Assembly: GCF_000195955.2 (NCBI RefSeq)
Contig: NC_000962.3
Span: 2,580,001 to 2,612,000, forward strand
Origin: Mycobacterium tuberculosis H37Rv
GTDB lineage: Bacteria > Actinomycetota > Actinomycetes > Mycobacteriales > Mycobacteriaceae
DNA length: 32,000 bases
Direction: 5' to 3'
Shown: in pieces, positions 9,711 through 21,913 of the stretch
Layout of the letters: every line of letters starts with the position of its first letter
Numbering within the stretch: the stretch's first letter is position 1
The notes under the pieces: model-generated
What the model was told of the DNA's origin: nothing
The model's input: only the letters and a program-made list of their open reading frames with translations
Database searches by the model: none
Translations under genes and position numbers: made by a program

Positions 9711-10521
9711 TCGCGTCTCCAACACTGCGGTCTACGCGGTGCTGACGATCGGCGCGGTAATCACGCTGTCCCCCTTCTTGCTTGGCCTGTTGACCTCGTT
9801 CACTTCCGCACACCAGTTCGCGACGGGTACTCCGCTGCAGTTGCCGCGACCGCCCACGCTGGCCAACTACGCCGATATCGCCGATGCCGGATTTCGCCGC
9901 GCGGCGGTGGTGACCGCGTTGATGACGGCGGTGATCCTGCTGGGCCAGCTGACATTTTCGGTGCTGGCCGCCTACGCGTTCGCGCGGTTGCAATTTCGGG
10001 GACGTGATGCGTTGTTCTGGGTCTACGTCGCAACCTTGATGGTGCCGGGGACGGTGACCGTGGTGCCGCTGTATCTGATGATGGCCCAGCTAGGCCTGCG
10101 CAACACGTTCTGGGCGTTGGTGCTCCCGTTTATGTTCGGTTCGCCGTACGCGATTTTCCTGCTACGCGAGCACTTTCGCCTCATCCCAGATGACTTGATC
10201 AATGCCGCGCGCCTCGACGGTGCCAACACTTTGGACGTGATCGTGCATGTGGTGATCCCAAGCAGCCGGCCGGTCCTGGCCGCCTTGGCGATGATCACCG
10301 TGGTCTCGCAGTGGAACAACTTCATGTGGCCGTTGGTGATCACCAGCGGCCACAAATGGCGTGTCCTAACGGTGGCGACGGCTGACCTGCAGTCGCGGTT
10401 CAACGACCAGTGGACGCTGGTGATGGCGGCGACCACGGTGGCAATCGTGCCGCTGATTGCGCTCTTCGTGACCTTCCAGCGGCACATCGTCGCATCGATT
10501 GTGGTCTCGGGGCTCAAGTGA
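9697..10521 (+). CDS. uspB: Sugar ABC transporter permease UspB
   Basis: 274 aa from ATG at 9697; MalG-type permease with AARLDGANTLDVIVHVVIPSSRPVLA; overlaps uspA end. Confidence 0.92.
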   Translation: MSSPSRVSNTAVYAVLTIGAVITLSPFLLGLLTSFTSAHQFATGTPLQLPRPPTLANYADIADAGFRRAAVVTALMTAVILLGQLTFSVLAAYAFARLQFRGRDALFWVYVATLMVPGTVTVVPLYLMMAQLGLRNTFWALVLPFMFGSPYAIFLLREHFRLIPDDLINAARLDGANTLDVIVHVVIPSSRPVLAALAMITVVSQWNNFMWPLVITSGHKWRVLTVATADLQSRFNDQWTLVMAATTVAIVPLIALFVTFQRHIVASIVVSGLK

Positions 10522-11840
10522 CCCGGCCCCGCCAGTCCACGCTGGTCGCCACCGCCCTTGTGCTGGTGGCGATCCTGCTGGGTGTGACGGCGGTGCTATT
10601 GGGGCTCTCCGCCGAACCGCGTGGCGGAAAGATCGTCGTAACGGTGCGACTCTGGGACGAGCCGATTGCTGCGGCGTATCGACAGTCGTTTGCGGCATTC
10701 ACCCGCAGCCATCCCGATATCGAGGTGCGCACCAATCTGGTGGCCTATTCGACCTACTTCGAAACCCTGCGCACCGACGTGGCTGGCGGCAGCGCGGACG
10801 ACATCTTCTGGCTATCCAACGCCTACTTCGCCGCCTACGCTGACAGTGGCCGGCTAATGAAGATTCAGACCGATGCCGCCGACTGGGAGCCGGCGGTGGT
10901 TGACCAGTTCACTCGGTCCGGCGTCTTGTGGGGTGTGCCGCAACTGACGGACGCCGGAATTGCCGTGTTCTACAACGCCGATCTGCTGGCTGCCGCCGGT
11001 GTCGACCCCACGCAGGTGGACAACTTGCGATGGAGTCGCGGCGATGACGACACCTTGCGCCCGATGCTGGCTAGGCTCACCGTCGACGCCGATGGACGCA
11101 CCGCCAACACGCCAGGATTCGATGCTCGGCGGGTCCGCCAGTGGGGATACAACGCCGCCAACGATCCTCAGGCCATCTACCTTAACTACATCGGCTCGGC
11201 CGGCGGTGTGTTCCAGCGCGACGGCAAGTTCGCGTTCGATAACCCCGGCGCCATCGAAGCCTTCCGCTATCTGGTCGGCCTGATCAACGACGACCACGTC
11301 GCACCGCCGGCCTCGGACACCAACGACAACGGCGATTTCTCCCGTAACCAGTTTCTGGCTGGCAAGATGGCGCTATTCCAGTCCGGCACCTACAGTTTGG
11401 CGCCGGTAGCCCGTGACGCCCTCTTCCACTGGGGTGTGGCGATGCTTCCCGCCGGCCCCGCAGGCCGGGTAAGCGTCACCAATGGTATTGCTGCAGCTGG
11501 TAATTCGGCGTCCAAACATCCGGATGCGGTGCGTCAGGTGCTGGCCTGGATGGGCAGCACGGAGGGCAACTCCTACCTGGGCCGCCACGGTGCGGCCATC
11601 CCCGCGGTGTTGTCTGCGCAACCGGTCTACTTCGACTACTGGTCTGCTAGGGGCGTCGATGTCACGCCGTTCTTCGCGGTGTTGAACGGTCCGCGCATTG
11701 CGGCCCCCGGCGGCGCCGGCTTCGCCGCCGGACAGCAGGCCCTCGAACCCTACTTCGACGAAATGTTCCTCGGCCGTGGCGATGTCACGACAACCCTGAG
11801 GCAGGCACAGGCGGCGGCCAATGCTGCCACACAGCGCTAG
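10518..11840 (+). CDS. uspC: Extracellular sugar-binding protein of the ABC transporter, UspC
   Basis: 440 aa from GTG at 10518 overlapping uspB; N-terminal hydrophobic segment then family-1 solute-binding protein features. Confidence 0.9.
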   Translation: MTRPRQSTLVATALVLVAILLGVTAVLLGLSAEPRGGKIVVTVRLWDEPIAAAYRQSFAAFTRSHPDIEVRTNLVAYSTYFETLRTDVAGGSADDIFWLSNAYFAAYADSGRLMKIQTDAADWEPAVVDQFTRSGVLWGVPQLTDAGIAVFYNADLLAAAGVDPTQVDNLRWSRGDDDTLRPMLARLTVDADGRTANTPGFDARRVRQWGYNAANDPQAIYLNYIGSAGGVFQRDGKFAFDNPGAIEAFRYLVGLINDDHVAPPASDTNDNGDFSRNQFLAGKMALFQSGTYSLAPVARDALFHWGVAMLPAGPAGRVSVTNGIAAAGNSASKHPDAVRQVLAWMGSTEGNSYLGRHGAAIPAVLSAQPVYFDYWSARGVDVTPFFAVLNGPRIAAPGGAGFAAGQQALEPYFDEMFLGRGDVTTTLRQAQAAANAATQR

Positions 11841-11847
11841 TTGCGAT

Positions 11848-12726
11848 CTAGCCCGGTAGTACTAGCACGGGGACCGGGCTGTAGCGAATGATCTTGCCAC
11901 TCCAGGAGCCGAGGAATACTCTCGCGACATCACCGAACGGCGAGGTGCCCAAGGCCAGGATCTCCCCGTCCTGCCAGTCCGCAGCGTCCAGCGCCTGCGC
12001 CCAGCCGTTCCCGGTGACCACTTGCAGCACAACGTCTTCACTCACGACGCCGTTAATTCTTAGTTTTTCCAACAGTTCTCGCGCTTGCGCCGCCCATGCC
12101 TCCAGAACCGAAGCCTCGGCATGCAGCCCCACTTCGGGCGGATACATGGTCCGGCCGCGGACCGCGAATGTGATCACCCGCATCGGCACGCCATACCGGC
12201 TGGCCAGGTGGCCGCATCGCCTCACCACGTCGACCGAACCCGACGTCGCGGAGTAGCCGCAGCTGAGCCGTGTCAACCGGTCGGTGTAGCAACGGTAGCG
12301 GCGGGGGGTGATCGCCACCGGTACCGGCGACGAATGCAGCAGCCGGTCGGCGGTCGAGCCGATCAACACCCGCGCGCGCCGCCCGCTGGGAAACGACCCC
12401 AGCACCAGCACCTCGGCTTCGAGTTCCTCGACGACGTCGAGCAGACCAGCCGACACCGATCGGTGTGCGCGGTGGTGGTAGCTGACCTCGATCCCGTCGG
12501 CCAGTCTGCGCAGGTAGCGCTGGGCCTCTCGCGCGGAGGCGGCAGCCAGCTGCTCAGACCAGAGCTCGTACTCGGCGTCGACGCGGGCGAGCGACGGTGT
12601 CGGCCAGTGCCTGCGCACGATGGTGGCCACTGTGAGCGACGTCTTGTGCATCCGCGCGACGCGGACGGCTAGATGTAATGCGGACGGACCGACCTTGCCA
12701 GCCAAATACCCGACGACGATGGTCAC
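11848..12726 (-). CDS. Tandem universal stress protein-family protein (Rv2319c-like)
   Basis: 292 aa from GTG at 12726; VTIVVGYLAGKVGPSALHLAVRVARMHK and VLVLGSFPSGRRARVLIGSTADRLLHSSPVPVAITP are USP motifs. Confidence 0.85.
   Translation of the reverse strand: MTIVVGYLAGKVGPSALHLAVRVARMHKTSLTVATIVRRHWPTPSLARVDAEYELWSEQLAAASAREAQRYLRRLADGIEVSYHHRAHRSVSAGLLDVVEELEAEVLVLGSFPSGRRARVLIGSTADRLLHSSPVPVAITPRRYRCYTDRLTRLSCGYSATSGSVDVVRRCGHLASRYGVPMRVITFAVRGRTMYPPEVGLHAEASVLEAWAAQARELLEKLRINGVVSEDVVLQVVTGNGWAQALDAADWQDGEILALGTSPFGDVARVFLGSWSGKIIRYSPVPVLVLPG
11850..11880. terminator. Hairpin between convergent uspC and the USP-family gene
   Basis: Perfect 8-bp inverted repeat AGCCCGGT (11850-11857) / ACCGGGCT (11873-11880), 15-nt loop, between two convergent gene ends. 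Confidence 0.55.
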
Positions 12727-14153
12727 GGCACTTCCTCGTTGAGCGCACTGTGGTGCCGACCCCACATCAGGTAAAAGATCACTGCCACCGCCACCCATCC
12801 GCTGAACGCCAGCCAGGTGTACCAGTGCAAGCTGGCCAGGATATACCCGCAGGCCAGCACCGAAAGAACAGGCGTCACAGGGTAACCGGGTACCTTGAAC
12901 CCTCGGGGTAAGTCGGGCTCGCGCACCCGTAGAACGATCACACCCACAGCCACCACGCTGAACGCGGTGAGCGTGCCGATGGACACCATGTCCGCCAAGC
13001 TATCCAGCGGTATGAAGGCGGCCAGCGTCGATGCGAAGATCGCGACGATCACCGTGTTGTGCACCGGCGTCATGGTGCGCGGATTCACCTTCGCGAACCG
13101 CGCCGGCAGCAGCCCGTCGCGCCCCATCGCGAACAGGATCCGGGTCTGGCCGTACATGGTGACCAGCGTGACGGTGAAAATCGAGACCACCGCACCGGCG
13201 GCCAGAATCGTGCTGGCCCATTCGCCATGCGTGACGTTGTCCAAGATGATGGCCAGCCCGGCGGTTTCCTGCTCTGCGAAGTCCTGCCACGGTTGGGTGC
13301 CCAGCGCGGCCAGTGCGACCAGCACGTAGACACCGGTGACGACCACCAGCGCTGCGATCAGCGCACGCGGCATGGTCTTCTGCGGGTCCTTCACCTCGTC
13401 GCCGGCGGTCGACACCGCGTCAAGGCCGATGTATGAGAAGAAGATCGTGCCCGCCGCGGAGCCGATGCCGGCGACGCCGAATGGGACGAAATCCTTGAGG
13501 TGGTCGGCGCTGTACGCGCTGAACGCGATGATCATGAACATGCCCAGCACGCCGAGCTTGATCAGCACCATGATCGCGTTGACCCTCGCCGACTCGCTGG
13601 CCCCTCGAATCAACAGCAGCGCGCATAGCCCGATCAGGATGACGGCGGGCAGGTTCACCCAACCGGGATGGGTGTCCCACGGCGCCGCCGACAATACGTG
13701 CGGCATCTGAAATCCGAACAGATTACTCAGCAGCTTGTTCACGTAGCCACTCCAGCCGACCGCGACCGCTGCGGTGGCTACCCCGTATTCCAGCAGTAGG
13801 CAGGCCGCCACCACCATCGCGACCGCCTCGCCCAGCGTCGTGTACGCGTAGGAGTACGCCGACCCGGAAATCGGCACGGCGGAAGCCAGTTCCGCGTAGC
13901 AGATAGCCGCGAGCCCAGCGGCGATGCCGGCGATGATGAACGAAACAATCACGCCCGGGCCGGCCTCTGGAACTGCCTGGGCAAGCACGAAAAAGATGCC
14001 GGTACCTATCGTCGCGCCAACCCCGAACATGGTCAGCTGGAAGGTGCCGAAACTCCGCTTGAGGTTCCCCGATGCCCCGGATGCGACCGGGGCGCCGCTC
14101 ACCGGGCGGCGCCGCAGCATCAGTTCTCGAAGGCTCATCGACGTTGTCGGCAA
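12723..14153 (-). CDS. rocE: APC-family cationic amino acid permease RocE
   Basis: 476 aa; FGVGATIGTGIFFVLAQ...GPGVIVSFIIAGIAAGLAAICYAELASAVP, many TM segments; adjacent to rocD. Confidence 0.9.
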   Translation of the reverse strand: MPTTSMSLRELMLRRRPVSGAPVASGASGNLKRSFGTFQLTMFGVGATIGTGIFFVLAQAVPEAGPGVIVSFIIAGIAAGLAAICYAELASAVPISGSAYSYAYTTLGEAVAMVVAACLLLEYGVATAAVAVGWSGYVNKLLSNLFGFQMPHVLSAAPWDTHPGWVNLPAVILIGLCALLLIRGASESARVNAIMVLIKLGVLGMFMIIAFSAYSADHLKDFVPFGVAGIGSAAGTIFFSYIGLDAVSTAGDEVKDPQKTMPRALIAALVVVTGVYVLVALAALGTQPWQDFAEQETAGLAIILDNVTHGEWASTILAAGAVVSIFTVTLVTMYGQTRILFAMGRDGLLPARFAKVNPRTMTPVHNTVIVAIFASTLAAFIPLDSLADMVSIGTLTAFSVVAVGVIVLRVREPDLPRGFKVPGYPVTPVLSVLACGYILASLHWYTWLAFSGWVAVAVIFYLMWGRHHSALNEEVP

Positions 14154-14699
14154 TTATGAACCCGCCTCCCATAGCGCGTCGGCGAACCGGCGAACCGCGC
14201 AGTCGATCTCCTGCGCGGTGATCACTAACGGCGGCGCGAACCGCAGGGCGGCGCCGTAGGTGTCTTTTAACAGCACACCGCGATCGGCCAACCGCATGCT
14301 CATGTCTGTGCCAATGGCAAGCGCCCGTTCGATGTCGACGTCAGCCCACCATCCGAGGCCGCGCAGGGCCACCGCACCATCGCCGATCAGGTCCGCCAGG
14401 CGCTGATGCAGATGCGCACCCAATTTAGCGGAGCGAGCTTGACATTCTCCCCAGACGACCATGGAAACCACGGGGGTACCGATCGCGGCGGCCAACGGAT
14501 TGCCGCCGAACGTCGACCCGTGTTCGCCGGGATGCACCACGCCGAAGATTTCGCGGTCCGCGACCATCGCCGACAACGGAACCGCACCGCCACCAAGTGT
14601 CTTGCCGAGCAGGTAAATGTCTGGCAGCACACCCCCGTGGTCGCAGGCGAACGGGTAACCCGTACAGGCCAGCCCCGATTGGATTTCGTCGGCGATCAT
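14154..14699 (-). pseudogene. rocD2: C-terminal part of split ornithine aminotransferase, RocD2
   Basis: LMIADEIQSGLACTG...LLGKTLGGGAVPLSAMVAD...YGAALRFAPPLVITAQEIDCAV: PLP Asp/Lys region of class III aminotransferases. Start approximate. Confidence 0.85.
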
Positions 14700-15364
14700 C
14701 AGCACGTTGTGCTCGACGCAGCCGGCAGGTAGTCGTCGGCCGGGACGATGATGCCCGCCTGGCCGGGAATCGGCTCGAGCAGGTCAGCGACGGTGTTGTC
14801 GTCGATTGTCTGCGCCGGTGCCGCAGCATCGCCAAACGGTACCGAGCGGAGTCCCGGGGTAGAAGGTTCGACGCCGCTGCCCGCAGCCGGGTCCGACGAG
14901 AAGCTGACGACACTGCTGGTGTGGCCATGAAAGTTGTTGTTTGCCAAAATGATATCGTGCCGGCCCGCGGGGAGGCCGTTGACGTCGGCTCCCCACTTGC
15001 GGGCGACCCTAAGACCGCTCTCCACCGCTTCAGCATCAGAGTTCATTGGCAACACCACGTCTTTGCCGCACAGCTGGGCAAGCGCGGCGCCCAACGGCCC
15101 GAGTCGGTCGGCATGCAAGGCCCGATTCAGCAGGGTGACGGTGTCGACTTGGGCATGAGCCGTGGCGGTGCTCGCGGGGTTGCGATGGCCAAGGTTGACC
15201 GCCGAGTACGCAGCCAGCCAGTCCAGGTAGCGCAGGCCGTCGATATCGGCGATCCACGCACCCTCAGCGCTGGCCGCCACCACAGGCAGCGGCGAATAAT
15301 TGTGCGCTGCATGCCTTTCGACCAGTGCCATAGTGGCCTGAGTGGCATCCGCGAGATTTGTCAT
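14699..15364 (-). pseudogene. rocD1: N-terminal part of split ornithine aminotransferase, RocD1
   Basis: 221 aa from ATG at 15364; MTNLADATQATMALVERHAAHNYSPLPVV...IIVPADDYLPAASSTTC*; reads into the rocD2 frame after a frame change. Confidence 0.88.
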
Positions 15365-16269
15365 GGGTGTATCTCCAGCGTGCAGCACTTGACGGAACCG
15401 CCGCCCTTGAGCAGCTCGGACAGATCGACACCGACCGGCTCGAAGCCGGCTGCGCGTAACTGCGCCGCAAAACCCATGGCCGCGACCGGAAGCACTACGT
15501 TCAGACCGTCAGAGACGGCGTTGAGTCCGAACACGAACGCGTCGGCACTGCCGACCACAATCGCGTCGGGGAACAGCGCCGACAACTGTTCCTGCGCTGC
15601 CGTACTGAACGCCGGCGGGTAGTAGGCGATCGTGTGGTCGTCGAGCACGGCCAGCGCGGTGTCCAGGTGATAGAACCGTGGGTCGACCAACTCGAGGGAG
15701 ACCACCGGCAGACCAAGCACCGCGGCGATTTCGGCGTGTGCGCGCTGGTCTGTGCGAAAGCCGTAGCCCGCCAACACCCTTTCGCCAACCATCAGCAGGT
15801 CGCCCTGTCCCTCGTTGACGTGGCGGGTGGTCACCGGGCGATATCCGACCGAGGACATCCAGCTGGCATAGGCTCTAGACTCACCAGCTCGTTCGGGGAA
15901 CCGGAACCGGGCGACCACGGCGATGTCGTGCGCGATGAACCCACCGTTGGCGGTGTACACCATGTCCGGTAACCCGGAAATGGGCTCGATCAGATCCACG
16001 CTGTGGCCTAGCCGAAGATAGGTCTGGTGGAGGTGCTCCCACTGTGCTTGCGCGACTTGGACGTCGACTGGCGCGGTGACGTCCATCCAGGGGTTGATCG
16101 CGTATGCGACGGCAAAGAAGGCCGGCGGGGTCATTGCATACCGCCGCGTCCGGGGGGTGCGGCGTGCAGGTGACCCTAGACGGGCAGCAGCGACGTAGGA
16201 ATCCGTCATAAACCAACGATATTTGGCTCTGATTTCACAATCAAACGATGGTCGTTGCGTATTTTCCAT
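15361..16269 (-). CDS. ddaH: Dimethylarginine dimethylaminohydrolase/amidinotransferase-like protein
   Basis: 302 aa; FFAVAYAINPWM, GLPDMVYTANGG, FYHLDTALAVLDD, GGGSVKCCTLEI: guanidino-group modifying enzyme motifs with catalytic His and Cys. Confidence 0.85.
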   Translation of the reverse strand: MENTQRPSFDCEIRAKYRWFMTDSYVAAARLGSPARRTPRTRRYAMTPPAFFAVAYAINPWMDVTAPVDVQVAQAQWEHLHQTYLRLGHSVDLIEPISGLPDMVYTANGGFIAHDIAVVARFRFPERAGESRAYASWMSSVGYRPVTTRHVNEGQGDLLMVGERVLAGYGFRTDQRAHAEIAAVLGLPVVSLELVDPRFYHLDTALAVLDDHTIAYYPPAFSTAAQEQLSALFPDAIVVGSADAFVFGLNAVSDGLNVVLPVAAMGFAAQLRAAGFEPVGVDLSELLKGGGSVKCCTLEIHP

Positions 16270-16312
16270 TGATACATTGCGTTAACCTCGAATCTGTGGT
16301 GATTCGTTGCGT
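16254..16312. promoter_or_regulatory. Candidate AsnC/Lrp binding region between Rv2323c-like and Rv2324-like genes
   Basis: Three TTGCGT copies within heptamers GTTGCGT 16254-16260, ATTGCGT 16276-16282, GTTGCGT 16306-16312. Confidence 0.4.
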
Positions 16313-16333
16313 GCTTAGAACGGAGGAGGGCCG

Positions 16334-16780
16334 ATGGACCGCCTGGATGACACCGACGAACGCATCCTCGCCGAGCTGGCCGAGCATGCACGGGCCACCT
16401 TCGCCGAGATCGGTCACAAGGTGAGTTTGTCCGCTCCGGCGGTGAAGCGCCGCGTCGACCGGATGCTCGAGAGCGGCGTCATCAAGGGCTTCACCACGGT
16501 GGTCGACCGCAACGCGCTCGGCTGGAACACCGAGGCTTACGTGCAGATCTTCTGCCACGGCAGGATTGCGCCTGATCAGCTGCGTGCCGCCTGGGTGAAT
16601 ATCCCCGAGGTGGTCAGCGCGGCAACGGTGACTGGCACGTCCGACGCGATCCTGCACGTGCTCGCTCATGACATGCGGCATCTGGAGGCCGCCCTCGAGC
16701 GCATCCGGTCCAGCGCTGACGTCGAACGCAGCGAAAGCACCGTCGTGCTGTCAAACCTCATCGACCGCATGCCGCCCTAG
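16334..16780 (+). CDS. AsnC/Lrp-family transcriptional regulator (Rv2324-like)
   Basis: 148 aa; LDDTDERILAELAEHARATFAEIGHKVSLSAPAVKRRVDRMLESGVIKGFTTVVD is the AsnC HTH; preceded by GGAGGAGGG. Confidence 0.92.
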   Translation: MDRLDDTDERILAELAEHARATFAEIGHKVSLSAPAVKRRVDRMLESGVIKGFTTVVDRNALGWNTEAYVQIFCHGRIAPDQLRAAWVNIPEVVSAATVTGTSDAILHVLAHDMRHLEAALERIRSSADVERSESTVVLSNLIDRMPP

Positions 16781-17008
16781 TGTTCCGCGCCAATGCTAGA
16801 AAAGGCCTGCTGAGCTACGTAGACGCAGCATGAGCAGGTCCTCGCGCCGCCAACCCGCGAAACGGCGCGTCTGTACACCGACACGCCGTTAGGGCGCGCG
16901 CCCACGCCCAGCTATCGCCCAAGCTCACCATCGCGTTGGGCGGCGGCGGTGGCGGCCAACATCGGGGCTATAGCGGCTGGCCGGTCCGCGCGCCGCCCGC
17001 GCCGCCAC

Positions 17009-19947
<2,939 letters not shown>

Positions 19948-19958
19948 CGATTAGCCTC

Positions 19959-19975
19959 GCATAGCAAAGCTATGC
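19959..19975. promoter_or_regulatory. Palindromic operator candidate for the MarR-family regulator
   Basis: Perfect inverted repeat GCATAGC-AAA-GCTATGC in the 40-bp divergent gap. Confidence 0.65.
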
Positions 19976-19987
19976 AACGATGGGGGG

Positions 19988-20479
19988 ATGAGTCCCTCCC
20001 CCGCCGCCGCCAACCGCAGCGAGGTCGGCGGGCCACTACCGGGCCTGGGAGCGGATCTGTTGGCAGTGGTCGCGCGGCTCAACCGCCTAGCCACGCAGCG
20101 CATCCAGATGCCACTGCCCGCGGCTCAAGCCAGACTGCTGGCCACCATCGAAGCCCAGGGGGAAGCCCGGATCGGCGACTTGGCCGCCGTCGATCACTGC
20201 TCGCAACCAACGATGACCACGCAGGTACGACGACTCGAGGACGCTGGACTGGTTACCCGAACCGCCGACCCGGGAGACGCCCGGGCGGTCCGCATCCGCA
20301 TCACGCCGGAAGGCATCCGCACGTTGACCGCGGTGCGGGCAGACCGCGCGGCTGCGATCGAGCCTCAGCTGGCCCTGCTCCCACCGGCGGACCGCCGGGT
20401 GTTGGCGGATGCGGTAGACGTGTTGCGCCGGCTGCTCGACCATGCCGCCACCACGCCGGGCCGGGCGACGCGGCAATAG
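19988..20479 (+). CDS. MarR-family transcriptional regulator (Rv2327-like)
   Basis: 163 aa; ARLLATIEAQGEARIGDLAAVDHCSQPTMTTQVRRLEDAGLVTRTADPGDARAVRIRITPEG: MarR winged helix. Confidence 0.92.
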   Translation: MSPSPAAANRSEVGGPLPGLGADLLAVVARLNRLATQRIQMPLPAAQARLLATIEAQGEARIGDLAAVDHCSQPTMTTQVRRLEDAGLVTRTADPGDARAVRIRITPEGIRTLTAVRADRAAAIEPQLALLPPADRRVLADAVDVLRRLLDHAATTPGRATRQ

Positions 20480-20730
20480 GCATCGAGATGTCGAACGCCG
20501 CGCCGTTGGCGGTGTGGGTCGGATCGATGCGCCCGAAAACGCAAAGGGAATCGCTTGGCGGCTCCTGCTGCTGGAGTTGTCCGGACCATCCCGACTACTC
20601 CGAAAGGCCAATGCGAGCCGGCTGATTGACGGCGAACGCCAACTTGGCCCGAAAAGACCGGCATTTCACTACTATCAATGTGCCTCGATCGTCGTTGGAT
20701 AACAACCGTAGTGAGTCGAGAGGAACCAGT

Positions 20731-21879
20731 ATGCAGTTCCTGAGCGTGATTCCAGAGCAGGTCGAGTCCGCGGCTCAAGATTTGGCGGGCATTCGCTCAG
20801 CGCTGAGCGCGTCTTACGCGGCCGCAGCGGGACCCACAACAGCGGTGGTTTCCGCTGCCGAGGACGAGGTGTCGACCGCGATTGCGTCGATATTCGGCGC
20901 CTACGGTCGACAGTGCCAGGTTCTCAGCGCCCAGGCCTCCGCGTTTCATGACGAGTTCGTCAACCTGTTGAAAACTGGCGCGACTGCATACCGCAACACC
21001 GAATTCGCCAACGCCCAAAGCAACGTGCTGAATGCAGTGAACGCACCGGCCCGATCGCTGTTGGGGCACCCGAGCGCGGCTGAGAGCGTGCAGAACTCGG
21101 CCCCAACGCTAGGCGGTGGCCACAGCACCGTGACCGCTGGGCTTGCCGCACAGGCCGGTCGTGCCGTCGCGACGGTCGAACAACAGGCTGCGGCTGCGGT
21201 TGCCCCGTTGCCAAGCGCCGGCGCCGGACTGGCTCAGGTTGTCAACGGCGTCGTGACCGCCGGACAGGGTTCCGCCGCCAAACTTGCCACCGCGCTGCAG
21301 AGCGCCGCGCCCTGGCTGGCCAAGAGCGGCGGCGAGTTCATCGTGGCTGGGCAGAGCGCGCTGACCGGTGTTGCTTTGCTGCAACCTGCCGTGGTCGGCG
21401 TTGTTCAGGCGGGCGGTACGTTCTTGACCGCCGGAACGAGCGCTGCTACCGGACTGGGTCTGCTCACACTTGCTGGTGTTGAGTTCAGTCAAGGCGTTGG
21501 CAACCTTGCGCTGGCTTCAGGGACCGCCGCGACCGGACTTGGTCTGCTGGGCAGTGCCGGTGTGCAACTGTTCAGTCCTGCCTTTTTACTGGCTGTGCCC
21601 ACCGCGTTGGGTGGAGTTGGCTCGCTCGCGATCGCAGTAGTTCAGCTTGTGCAAGGCGTCCAACACCTGTCGTTGGTTGTGCCGAACGTTGTTGCCGGGA
21701 TCGCTGCACTGCAGACCGCCGGTGCCCAGTTTGCCCAGGGTGTTAACCACACGATGCTGGCCGCTCAGCTCGGTGCCCCTGGGATAGCTGTCTTACAGAC
21801 CGCCGGTGGCCATTTTGCTCAAGGCATTGGCCACCTGACGACGGCTGGCAATGCCGCTGTCACGGTGCTGATCTCCTAG
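20731..21879 (+). CDS. PE23: PE-family protein PE23
   Basis: 382 aa from ATG 20731; PE domain MQFLSVIPEQVESAAQDLAGIRSALSASYAAAAGPTTAV..., C-terminal Ala/Gly/Val-rich imperfect repeats. Confidence 0.9.
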   Translation: MQFLSVIPEQVESAAQDLAGIRSALSASYAAAAGPTTAVVSAAEDEVSTAIASIFGAYGRQCQVLSAQASAFHDEFVNLLKTGATAYRNTEFANAQSNVLNAVNAPARSLLGHPSAAESVQNSAPTLGGGHSTVTAGLAAQAGRAVATVEQQAAAAVAPLPSAGAGLAQVVNGVVTAGQGSAAKLATALQSAAPWLAKSGGEFIVAGQSALTGVALLQPAVVGVVQAGGTFLTAGTSAATGLGLLTLAGVEFSQGVGNLALASGTAATGLGLLGSAGVQLFSPAFLLAVPTALGGVGSLAIAVVQLVQGVQHLSLVVPNVVAGIAALQTAGAQFAQGVNHTMLAAQLGAPGIAVLQTAGGHFAQGIGHLTTAGNAAVTVLIS

Positions 21880-21913
21880 CCGGGCGGTCGAGCTTCATCC
21901 CGGAGCCGCTACG

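Noticed and set aside
21100-21880. PE23 C-terminal repeats as a novel repeat system
   Set aside because: Imperfect Ala/Gly/Val-rich hydrophobic repeats are ordinary for PE/PPE-family proteins.
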